DNA of 64,000 bases from Marsupella aquatica (Eukaryota; Plantae; Marchantiophyta): NCBI GenBank assembly GCA_973895155.1, contig OZ316894.1:25294709-25358708 (forward strand), written 5' to 3'. Positions 51,801-64,000 of this stretch are shown here, in pieces. A program made the position numbers and the translations under genes. The notes beneath the pieces were generated by a model. It searched no databases. It was given only the letters and a program-made list of their open reading frames with translations, and was not told the DNA's origin. How positions within the stretch are numbered: the stretch's first letter is position 1; each line of letters begins with the position of its first letter.

Positions 51801-54800
51801 CTCGGAAATTATTTACTATTATTTATTCATTATCCATCTTCTGGCTACATTAAAGCTCTCATAGCCCACAACGTTTAAGAAGATGCTTGGATAGAATGAT
51901 TTCTACCAGTCCCTGCCAGCAATCACACATCAAAATGTGTTTGGGCTAATATAAGATGTGCACTCATTTGTTGAAAGAAAATAACTAGTATATTTATCAT
52001 GGTATGAAATGATGTCTTACATCATATATATCATATTTTGATGAGAAGTTACCAATACCCCTCTAAATCTAATGATTAATTTTATTCAAATACCAACGTG
52101 TGTTTTGTATGCATGTTCACTTTCTTGTGTGTCAAAAAGTATTTGATCCATTCTAGTATTTAATTGAAACCATGTGGCGCATTAGAGTTTTTTGTAACGT
52201 AGTGGAAGCTGTCATTTTTACTCGGGCTCAGGGTGAATAAAGTTTCCAACACAATATCAACTTCTGCATGTTAGAATAAGGGTTGACGTTGCACAAACAC
52301 TTCCTATAGTGGCTTTACCCAAAGGTACCCAAAGTTCTTGTGTCCAACTTCAAGTGATGCAATTGAGACTTCAAGACTGGGGTAAACTAAGTGTATTATT
52401 TGAGATAGCATGTCCCATCCTTCACTAATTTTGATTTCCCCATCTCTCATTAGGGCCAGGTTCCATGGGCCAGGGGTAGGGAGTAGGGTCACTCCCTCTG
52501 ACATCCCCTGGGGCCCAAATACATCGCCTGCCACAGTGTACATAATATTTCAAATGTATGAATTTTGACTTAGGAGCCAATGAGAATGTCCTATACTATT
52601 TTTATACAGGGGCAGGGGTTACCCCTGAAGTTTAACAGGGAGTGTCAGGGAAAATCATACTCCTTGATACAGTATTTGTATAACCCTCAGTCCCTGGAAA
52701 AACTGCAATCTTATTAGCTTAAAAATTCTGTCACCATCTGTACTCCTTACTCCCAGCCTCATGGAACCTAGCTCTAAGGTAAGGCAATGACTCCTTTGCC
52801 CGATTCTCTATTCCTTAGCTTGTCAGTTTCAAGCCAAGCTGCATAATGACATCTCACCTGAGATTTTGTGGGTAAGCACCTCCTTGGGGAGTTTTTAAGG
52901 TTGCTCGTTTTCTGAGTTTCACCCTTATTCTACATTACGTGGAACTCTATTATATTGGAGCATGATTTGCCCCAATAAAATTTTGAGTCTTGAAGGCATA
53001 TTGTTGGAGGATCCCTCAGGATTATCCCCTTGAGATTTACCCCTATTGGGTTAAATGGTACTCGTAACTAATGTTTTCAGCCAACCCTGGCTGAAAACCT
53101 AGTGTAGGCCGTACTTTTGCATTAGATTCTGTCCATTAGGCGTTTGATATGTGTTTCTTTTTGTTTTATCTGAGGAGCCTTCAGGCCCAATCATTGGGTT
53201 CATCATTACCAAGGGTGATGGTATTGTGGGCCATGATACGGTCCAATCCAACCCTATACTGTCATATACTGTACTATACTGTATTTAACCGCACTGTACT
53301 ACCGAGATCTGCAACAGAGGGCCGCTTCCCATCCAATCCCGGTTCCATGCAGAAGTACTCCAGTACGTGACATTCCATTTCTGCATGATCTTCAACTTTA
53401 CAGGCTTTACAAAACGAAGGGTGGGCATAGTTGTCCTTTATTATTCCCATTCACTACTACCAGATGGATTCCGCCCTTGTAGCCGTCGATCTGCATAATA
53501 GCCAACGATCATTGAATATGTGAATAATGTATACAGCTGTATGTTGATTCCAATACGTATATTAGTACGTCTTCGTAATTATACGTGTATTACTACGTAT
53601 ACGAAATCGATCATGAAGCCTATACCATGAGTTTGATCACCTTAATTTGGTGATGGGAGAGGAGTCCATGTGGTCTGAGGCAAGGTACTTGAGAGCAGTC
53701 CTTGGTCACGTTGAACTTGGGGCTGATTCATTCCTCCGAAATAAGTGTTTTCTTATTATGGGGAGAGTCGCTTGTTTCTTAGTTTAAGTTGAGGTGATTG
53801 TGCGTCCTATTGGAGATTTTCCCTTTTGCTTGTGTTTTGTACATTTTGTGTACCGCCATTTCCCATAAAAACTATTCAGGCTAACTCATACTATTCTTTT
53901 AACAGGACAATCATGTGAGAGCATATCTTTTCGTGAAGATTTTAGTATCATCTCATAAGCTCACAAGGAGGTAATCTAGGGCTCAAAACACTGCATCTAG
54001 AAATAGTTAAACATGACCAAGGATAAGAGTTCTTTGAAGGGTGAGTGGGAGAGCTGCAGGGTAAGTCTATTGTTCAATTTGGCAAATGAACAGTGACATG
54101 TTGGGGTCAGGGTCCCTTTTACGGGGGCTGTGGTTTAAGTAAAGTGGTTGAGTAGTTTCACTTTGCTTCTTCCCAGGCCCTCAGCGTAAGCAGGGCTGGG
54201 GTAACATCATCCATGGTGCATGCTGTTTATCCTCATAAGGTAACATCAATGCTTTTTGGTATCCAAATGAATGCTTTACTTATGAGCAAAATTCCTTTCA
54301 TGAGCCCTGATATTGTCAACAGTCTAGTACAAGGTAGCATCATTTTAGGACAAACTTTGCCTCCATAGTCCATATAGTGTAGGAGCCACCTTGCAGTAAG
54401 CATCCTTAACGAATTGACCCTAAAACTCCCTAACTATATGCCTACAAACCAGTGGACTACCTTTGGATAAAATGCAGACAATTTGTTGCTCAGGTTCTTG
54501 GCCCTTCTGAAAATTTCAGGTCTGAAGTTTCAGTAGGATTAGTCTTGCAGAGGTTGGCTTCTCGAAGATGCTCAGGATCAGCAAAAAGCGATAAACCTCC
54601 ATTTCCACACAAAGCTGCCACTTTCTCAAAATCCAGATCATGGGAGATTTTACACATTGGACCTAACTGTTACCGTCATGACTTTTCTAGTGCAATCTTA
54701 CACTGAAGCTTTCAAACAGGAACCTATCTGCAAACTTGCTGTACTAGGCATGACTGGTGACTAGTTCTTGACAAAAAGTGGCACGACATGACAAAAGTAG

Positions 54801-55357
54801 CATGACAACAAAAGGTTTGCATGAGCTTTTTCTTGGAAATAAAATCAATGTAAAACGTTTTGTAAAGTTTTTCAAAACAAGCACTAACACAAACAGAGAT
54901 GTCTACTAAGGTATATTAAGGTACATCTTTCACATTGAAACCTTGTCCATTAGGTAAAATTAGTATTTTTTGTACTCTTTATGATCATCTCGGGCAACGT
55001 GAACCTCATTCAGCAAGACCAACCAGTTTCCCAATCTATATTTCTAATCACAATGAAAAGCTAGAGTTGGGTCTAGGCTTATAGAGTGAAGACTCCAGAC
55101 AGTGACTCTACCTAGCCACCCACACCAAATTTATGTGGATGGAAAGAACCATGAAATATTATATATGTCAAAACTATTATCACATATGATAAAGTTTGTC
55201 CCTGTTTTGACATCATTTCTATTAATGTTCAAATAATGGGCAGGCTCGTTGCTCTTGCTTTTGAATGGGGAAGAGTACTAAACATTTTTTTACAAGTTTA
55301 GGTGAATTAGCCCCTCTTTTGGAAAAGACATCTCGTGTTAGTGACATGAGGTAATAA

Positions 55358-55562
55358 TTGAAAGCCTGGTGGAAAGGATACGTTCGGCCTTAGTGAAATA
55401 TTTGACAACGTAATTGTTGTATGAATACTCTGGCATCGTACAATACGTATTAATTCCGTGAGTATTCGTGTAGCATTAATAGTTGGAAGCCTAGTGGAAA
55501 GGATGGGTTTGGCCTTTTCTTGGCGCAATAATCGAAAACGTAATTGTGGCAGGAATACTCTA
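55358..55562. repeat. Diverged tandem duplication with a period of about 125 bp
   Basis: ttg.aagcct.gtggaaaggat...ggcctt...aacgtaattgt...gaatactct occurs twice. Confidence 0.7.
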
Positions 55563-58500
55563 TACTCCGAAATAAAACAATACACATACAATGCGCTTCA
55601 TACACTGAAATAATACTGTATAGTACAATACTCGTAAGATACGGGTGATTGTCGTGGTCTCGTACTGTATAAGTATTCGTATATTTATTGATACAACCTA
55701 CCATTCCGTATCCAGTAGTACGTGCTTTGATTTGCCTGCTGTATCATGTGAGGTAGCTGTCCAAGGAGGAAAACGGATCCTTAAAGTTTATTTATTGTCT
55801 CAATTAATTGTGCCCAGTTGGCTTTTATGATTCTTAACATCTATTGCTGCTCTGCAATTTTTTAATGCTTGAGTCGCTCGGAATTAATCTTCTAGGATGC
55901 TCATCACCCCAATATCGAGGCTCACTAATGCTATAATTATGTCCCTGCGATTAGGGAGCCTTGTGCAATTGCTCGATCCTTGTGTTGAAATAAATGCTAG
56001 AGATGACAGGAACCAAAAGTTAACCAAACCGTGCATCAATGATAGACCAGTCAAGTGGGCAGGCCAGCTGCAAGGATCGAATCTCATTAGAGACATTCTA
56101 CTCATCCTACTCTTTGCAGTTTAGAAAAATTGGCCAAAATTCTGTTCGTCTAAGCAGCACAGAGAGAGAGGTCATGGGCAGTGACTGCTTCATGCTCATT
56201 AATGAGACTCGATCATAGCCACTGACCTCAATAATTGCTCACTGTGATTGTAATGCATGGTGCTTAAGTTGTTTTGATTATGTAAGTTTTTAAATAGCAT
56301 TAAAAATCTCAGGGAAGGGTAACTCAATTAGGAATGGAGGGGAAGATAGACCTTGAATCGGTACGCCAAACTTATCCCTGCCTGAGTAACTGCTTCACAC
56401 TCTCTCTTGCTATCAGCTAGCACTAGGCTCCTGCCATCTTCTTAGAAGTATTCACTCTGCGGGTATGAATTTCCATCCCTTGGGTTCACTCTACCTGGCC
56501 CCATTGTTTGTTAAGTGAAGTGTCCATTTTGGGACCAAAAACAAATGGCACCAATGAGGGCTAGCTATGAAGCAGTGACTCTCGATTTCTGGATTGTATA
56601 TTAGTGAGCAGCTCAACTCTCGAGTGTTGAGGAGTTGACAATCTTTCCTCTAAGATGAGAATGAGGGTAATGCTGGAATCGTGGTGAAAGTCACCATTGT
56701 GCAACGGGCCTAGAATTGCACTATTGTCCCAAATCCCCTAATTGTACCGTGAGTGCACATATGTGCGACCATGCAACGAGCTTGAGCACAATGAGAGCGC
56801 CAGGACTGCAATCACATGGCGTGGAGTCATTTTTCAGAGTGGCAATTGCTTTTCCCTACGCATGGATTTTCTTACCAGTTCCATGCACCTTCAGTCATAG
56901 TGGGGTTCGAACCATCTCACTCTGAGTGGCAGGAGGCAGGTTGCATGGCCGACCGGGTCCCCACTTATGGTATCATTGACCGGGGTACGAGCAATGATAC
57001 CATCTTAATGATGCGATCTTGGAAAGAGGAACATTGTACCAAGTATGGTTCATTCTTTAACACCTGGCCAAACCACACTAACAATCAGGTGTTAACAACT
57101 GTCTTTCAGCCCACCATTTCTGGAATGCCACACTTTTGCATTGGGCAATAAATTTGGTTTGGCACACACGAGTACCGTATCTAAGAACTTGTCCAATGCC
57201 TGTAACACACAAAGGATTCATATAACACCTCAAACCGCGTTAACCCGGTACACAATTAACCTGAATGTGTCTTCCCCCTTCGGTTTGCACAGGTCCGGAG
57301 ACACATGGTCTCAGATACAGCACATTTTTATGTACATACTAATGCCCAGCTAACAGGACATGGTGGACCACATTCCACAACCCCCCCCCCCCCCCCCCCC
57401 GCCCCTGCCCCCCCACACACACACAAGATAAGGCTTTAGCTTGAGTTTCCATAACACCCTTGTAACAAGTATTGACACATCCAAAGGCCAATTAAATTTG
57501 CGTTGTTACTATTTTATAGTGAAGTAGAGGAGAAGTTCGATAATTCTCCTATTCCAAATATTGAATGTGCTTGCTTGTTCATAAAAGCACTGCAATTACA
57601 AAGCGAAAATACAAGAAAGGCATTAAGCATAGGATAACTCGCCCCTCCAGGAGACCGTGGCCAGTAATTCCTGAGAGCGGTGCAAATGGGATAGGAAGGG
57701 GGAAGATGATTTGCCATCAATTATCCATAGTACATACCAGATCCTGGGTCCAGCAAGCAACCGTGGAAGCATACAAACCCTTCCGATGAGTGATCAAACT
57801 CATTGCTCTTCAGTCTGCACATAGCTCACAGCTTAGTGTGCAGACGCCAAATCGTCCAGAACATTCATCTGTTCCAATTGCGCATAGATTATTCAAAATC
57901 CTTTGAAGATGAAGCTATGCCTTCTGCAATCACGAGGACCATCGACATTAATCAGCAACGACAGATTCTCGTCGCACTTGTGTTGGGCCTTAGGTTCACT
58001 CGTGAGACGAACCATGCTGTGATTCAAATCACTTGGTCCGGACTAGGGAATCTGTTTTGTAACATGGTGGGTCATATTATCATATTATCAATGATCATAC
58101 TATAGAACCGTCAAACTGCTCCTCAACGTTACATGTAACTAATATTCATTTTGTGCGAAGGAATGCCAGGCAGCACATGTCCTTGTCTCGTGGAGGTCCG
58201 ATCCCAAACAAGTCCAATTAGTTGATGAGTTAATATATATATGAGCCCAAAACTTACTCGACTTGGACTGCAATGATGTGTTCTTCTTCGTGCCGTGGAA
58301 ACCAGACTCATGAATGACAATGAATTCCATAATTGGGTTTTCATGCCTCAAATAACTTCCGGAAAAAATGGGTTGCCATGTACGATTGATGGGAGTCTGA
58401 TGTGGCCAAAGGCTGGGCCAAAACACGCAACTATAATGCACACTATCTTCAACTCTGTACTCTAACTCGGAAGCCACCAGACCGTCCTAAGGGTTCTAGA

Positions 58501-58816
58501 TAGCCCAGCAGACAAAATCGAAGTCATCATCATCAAGTTCCGCTTGAGTAAACCTACAAAAACAATGTGGAAAAGTTACTTCACAGGAACATTCGGGGGG
58601 AGACTAGCAAATAGTATTTCCAGACAGGTGCTCCCATACCTTTTCTAAACTCCACGATCGATGGATGGCGACTTTTGGCTCCAGACATGCCTTCTTCAAG
58701 CACATATCAGATATCAGAGTGCATCGAGGGCATCCAGGCAGAGTAGCACTGACCACCAGAATCCAGATTAAAAACAACATAGCATGGCTCCCCGTTACGT
58801 TCCCAATCCCACAGAA

Positions 58817-61800
58817 TCCTGCAGATTGAAAATTGAGGTATAAGTTCACGATACAGAAACCGCCTAGAGCGTAACTGTCAAACTCAGCCCAGAAACCTGC
58901 CATGCGCAAGTTTTTTGGGGACCAAACAAAAAAAGTGGGACGAGTAACCATCACTAAAGTAGGATCTGGTTACTCCAATGACCCTCAATGAAGTCTAGAC
59001 ATTCTGTAAGCTCAAAGGAAAGGGCAAAGGGAACGTACATCCTCGAGTTGCACAAATTGCACCTGTTCGTCATTCAAAAACCGTACAATACAATCTCAGA
59101 ATTAAGTTTTCTTACAACAATGCTGTATAGAAAAAACTGATTGATTTAACACAAAATGTATGATACCTGTTGTTGATTGAAATATACAAGCACTTGCATT
59201 GAATGTACAATGGGCCACCTACCGTCAATAGAAACAGGACAGCACATCCGCCTTTCATCCACGTGCTCAACGTCAAGGCCAATCATCCATGATCCAACTG
59301 TAACATCCTCGTTGCGGTATTCATGCAGAATAGGGCTGATATCGAAATCCTGCAAACCATTAGATGCCTTTCCAAAGAGGAACAACATGATGTACGCCGC
59401 ACACAATTCCTTGATATAGCCGAGTCTTCCTCTAATTACAATTGAACTAATATCCAATGCTTTGACAGACGACTAGTTTGGTGCATTATTGTTCGAAAAC
59501 AGCAGGAAAGCTTAACCAGAGTAAGTTTCTCTCTTGTCCTCCACGTACACATCGTCCTCTGATCATTACATATAATTCATACACGTTAGCAGATGCTGAA
59601 AGACCCTGACCTGTTAATCGCAATGTATTGGGCCACTGCACGAGATATACCATAAATTTGGCCCATGGCATGACGAAAATATCTGCAAAGGTGATATCAG
59701 GCCATTACCTTAGAAACTATGTAGATTAAATTAAAAAGATGAAGTTCGTGGTGGATACAAAAAATTGAACTTTAGATTGATTGTATCAAGAGTGAATATA
59801 TCCAGAAGGGAATACAACCAAGAGAGATCACATGTAGACACCTACAAGACCAGTGCTCTGAAAATTCCTTCTAGAGTAATGGCTTTAAGATCTTACGATT
59901 TCTCATCTCCAAATTTCCAAAACTCTGGCTCATACCATCTTTGATCTCTACAATATGAAAACAATAGTAGAGTAGTCAGAGCTCTGAGACAGGAGCTAGC
60001 AAACAAGTAGAGCAGTCAGAGCTCAAGTTTGTATGTCAGACAATTGTTTCTAAGAACCAAGCACCGGAAGAGAGTCATTCCAAAAGTCAACGCTGTTCTC
60101 CGTCCAAACTACTGCTAGCAACTTTGAAGAATGACATCACTGACCAACAGTGACGGAAAGAAAAGACGAGAACAGGATCATCAGTAAACCGACTAATCTT
60201 TGAGCTGACAGTTTAGCTTCGAGACAATGAATCAGCAGTTGGTCTTTGGAATAGAAGCTACTTACTCTTCACTGATCACCTCCCCTGATTTCATACATCC
60301 TACATAAACACGCGGCTTATCCCAGTGACTCGCGAGCATCGCCCCCAACATTTCTGCACAATTTTGAAGTAGAAGTTAACGACAGTGATCATCCTAAAAT
60401 ACGTCATCTTCCTTAAAAACGATGTCACATACTTCAAACCCTAAACTACTCTCAACTATGACTGAGACAGGACAGATGAAATGACGTCAAGTACAATAAA
60501 ACAAAGTGATATATTTCCCACATAGATCAGATTCACATAGATTCCATAACATTAGCATTCTCAGTACTTCTTACACTTCGAAAAGAAAGTCCCTCATTTA
60601 GCACTAAAAGATTTGACCAGCTACCAATGTTATGGCTTTTTTTATGTCCACAAGCTGTTATGCGAGAAGAGTATTACCAACATTGACGAAAACGTTATCA
60701 TCAACCTTGATATAATAGTCAGCATCCCAGGTTTCGAAGGCAGAAGCGAAAAAAGTTTTCGTTTTCCTCGCTACTTCATCCTCACCCTCGACGTGGTTTT
60801 CCTGACGTGGCAAAACACACTAGCCTTCATGCTTTTGCACTTGCGACGCAAGCTAATTCCATATTCAACGCGCATTACAGCTTGAAGATACACATAAGTA
60901 GAAGCATGTAGCCAAGATACGAAATAAAAAACCTAACAGCCTTGGACTAAGATCAAGATGTACCAACCAGAATCATAAAATCTTTCATTTCAGTATTTTC
61001 CTCATCAATTGCACGGTCAGAACTGTCCCCCTTATTGGCACTGCAAACAAGGACATGAAAGACACAAACAACCTTGAGATCCGTGAAATCACAGCTGCAG
61101 ACTGACGACCGAGATAAAACTACTGACCAGCAATCGTTTCAATGGAGTTTCAACTGAAGCAAGGTAAGAATGTCTGGCTGCTATAAACCGCAGGCTAGGT
61201 GTTTGACATGCGGCAAAAGAATGGTGCGCCACAACTAGAAGAGTACCATAAGGGGGCAATTTAGGTGTACCTCCGTCCCACCACAAACCGGATGATAATA
61301 CCCTTCTCTGACTCGAGTTTCTTGAGTTGTTCCCCTGCAACACAGGTTTGATATATTAACCATGCAATCACTTCCGGCGAACATGTTTCAAGTCATGACC
61401 TGGAAAGGCAGAGAGGGTTTGACTTGGATGATGTACTCCATGAAGACGGGACAACCCGCCTAAACCGAGCCGACAACACGACTGCAGATCAGATGGATTC
61501 AAGAAGGTAACACACCTGTTGGCATCCAAGTCCGACGAATGGAATCCCTCCTGGCTTGGTTTCCAAAAGTAGTGTATATCCCGATGACAGAATGCCATCT
61601 TCCACCGTTATCAGAGGTGTTCGGGGAAACAGGATGCTTTGACAAGTATCCTTGACTTTTTGCCGCCGCAATCTCCATCTCCATGGCTGCCAGTCGCCTC
61701 TGCTGTTCCCTACACGGGCAAATATTCAAAATCATTATATACATAAAGCTACCACGTCATAAGCAAACCAGAAAGCAGTTTCTCCAAAACCGAGATTAAT

Positions 61801-62979
61801 ACGAAATGCTTACGCACTTGCACTCCAGCATCTTAAATGTATCATCGACAGACATGAGGCTGGATTCCTGCATCAAAAATACATAACGTTACATTAAAGA
61901 TGTCATCAAGTCCAAGAACAATTAAATTTTGTTAGCTTTCTTGTTCTGGTCTTAATATACGCATGGAACTTAAAGATTAAACTTCGTCATCATTTCCATA
62001 ACAAAAATATCATCGTGCAGATATGTCCGTCATGACCAGTGTAGTTTTCAGCCATTCTGTCAGTCTGGACAATCCGGACGTCAATCGAACTTTCTACCAA
62101 ATCTTCATTGTTTCCTCCGTTCTCATGTTCTCTGTGCTTTCCTTTGGCCTCACTACTTCCAGGTGTTCCCTGTTGCAGCATTGGCAAATCACATGTGAAC
62201 TCAACTATTCACTGGCTTTTGTAGTCTTTTTTGCTTCTACTTGCCTTTTATTTGTCCATCCGGGGGAGCTGATCCAACGATATTATTGCTGCGTCCACTA
62301 GACCTATCCCGAGCTCAAGAAAATTGTTGGCAAAGGAAATCCAAGTACCTGTAGGTTTTGCTTTTCAGAAAGCCCAGCAAGATAAGATCTCGCCTGTGAG
62401 TCCTCCCATAACCTGAAACGCAGAAAAAGAAAAAACAAAGAATACAAGGACTTTTACACCCAGTCATCAATGAAATAAAGGATATACAGTGAGGCCAAAT
62501 TTTGACAATTTTAAGAACATTACCCAAAGATAGAAGGGAAAACATCAATTTTGAAACGCCAATTATGGAGGAGATTTGACAATTTCATTCTTTCTTCGGA
62601 AATGTAAGTTTCAAGGCAAAAACGGGATTCAACGATGGAGGAAGCCCAAACTCTGAAATAATCTTGGCCAAAGTTTGTAATAAGGGAATTAGACATCGCT
62701 AACTCCTACACAGTCTGCGGAGCAACAATGGACGCTACCACTTCAAGAATATCAAACAAAAAAGTCTATGAAAATCATAGAATGCTCGTCAAACAAGACG
62801 CTCGTCACCTGCCCTGAACAAAATGAAACCTACTAGTGTAGACGAGCATGGGTGAGCGCACTGTACCGCCCGGCAGTGTAGAAACAGGCCAGAAAGGATA
62901 TCATGATCATGATCAGAGTTGTCATGCTGGTCTTTCTTCCTGACGCTGGCGGGCCCCTACTCCTCAATCCGCTCCTCAT
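58817..62979 (-). CDS. HPGT: Hydroxyproline O-galactosyltransferase (glycosyltransferase family GT31, HPGT / B3GALT9-11 clade), about 343 aa
   Basis: Phase-consistent exons: 62979-62867, 62412-62349, 61867-61818, 61709-61516, 61334-61271, 61040-60968, 60801-60678, 60353-60266, 59947-59897, 59682-59611, 59335-59223, 59062-59039, 58818-58817 (split stop; alternatively read-through to TAG at 58995). Motifs [82 protein letters not shown] and [19 protein letters not shown] match Arabidopsis HPGT1. 5'UTR intron at about 63041-63524. Confidence 0.93.
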
Positions 62980-64000
62980 GTTTACCCTTCGTCAAGCACC
63001 AGGATATAAAATAATAGGAATGGCTAGGTCTTCTGTTATCCTGCAAATATGTATGTCGCTAAACTACAGTAAGCGGGCGCAACCTTCACTCGTTCTTCCC
63101 GGCATTTCGCGCTCCTGTGTGACAAGGTGGGAAGCTCCCCGAGCAAGAGATCACGATGCCATCGTATCTGCACACGGATGATCTGATGATTTAGACAAGG
63201 CTCTGCGGAACTCAACATGCCCTAACACACCCAACAAAGCCCGAATTGCAAACCCTCAGTCTTATACTCAATGAGAGCAAAACATATCGAGAAGGACCGC
63301 TTACATATTCTACTTGAAACGATAAATTTCAATACAACACTCTCCAATTCAATCGGCAATGAACGCTCGTGCGCGTCCTACGCAATTCGGGTGAACGGGG
63401 CTGCTTTGCATTCCAACCGTTGACATCCCGATAGCTTGTACAATACTCAACGATCTACCGACTAGACTTTTTCAAATCCGTGATCCAGATAAACTATTTG
63501 AGCAAAGTGGATGTCGTCACTTACCTTCAGATTTTAATTTAATTGAAAATGAATGATTGTAGTACAATGATCCACACTCACTCCTGCAGTCGTCCACGTC
63601 CTTCAACCACCGCCATCGTCAAAAATCCTGAAATCAATGTAGGGCCTGCTTCGCAATCTCGTGTTCTGGGGTCTCCACTCCCGCCAAAACTGAAAAACAA
63701 GGGACTGTAAAATGGAGAAAATTAATTACTCCACGGATTGGACACCTACTGGAGTGCCTCCCAAGCTCTACCGGTAATCCACATTCTCTTGCCTAGAGTG
63801 TTATAATCCTTCTCTCTCGTTGTCTCCGAGTACGCCAATCCTCGAGAGTAAGTATGGATTTTGTTTCAGTCGTCCTGATGCCTCTTGCATCTCTCGAACA
63901 TACTGACGGTGAAAGCACGCCAGTCGCTTCGAAAGGCATTCACTCATTTAAAGGCATTAGTTCATTTTCTCCGTCCCCTCCCTAAAGTCGACGATGACCC

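Noticed and set aside
36632-62979. Possible functional cluster of a Hyp-containing peptide (PSY-like) and a Hyp glycosyltransferase (HPGT)
   Set aside because: PSY peptides are Hyp-arabinosylated by HPAT (GT95), whereas HPGT galactosylates arabinogalactan proteins. The genes are more than 20 kb apart, so proximity is likely coincidental.

Overview
Eukaryotic genomic DNA from a land plant. The long intron-containing UTRs, intron sizes and gene set suggest a bryophyte, possibly a liverwort; this is inference. I can reconstruct four protein-coding genes by hand. (1) An intronless, GC-rich, free-standing DUF2156 (tRNA-dependent aminoacyl-transferase) gene at 4519-6444 (-) whose core resembles the ascomycete ErgS-type sterol-aminoacylating enzymes; this is the most unusual item and a candidate fungus-to-plant transfer. 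(2) A 6-exon gene at 23815-28255 (+) encoding three NBR1-like ZZ zinc fingers plus about 900 aa of coiled coil. (3) A 3-exon secreted PSY-like sulfopeptide precursor at 36632-37659 (-). (4) A 12-13-exon GT31 hydroxyproline O-galactosyltransferase (HPGT) at about 58817-62979 (-). The intergenic DNA holds a decayed but near-complete DIRS-type tyrosine-recombinase retrotransposon (13.9-17.4 kb), a second gag/RT relic (32.9-35.1 kb), a tRNA-derived SINE-like head, a minisatellite and many short tandem duplications. I found no CRISPR array, rRNA or intact tRNA. All family assignments come from motif recognition by eye, not from database searches.
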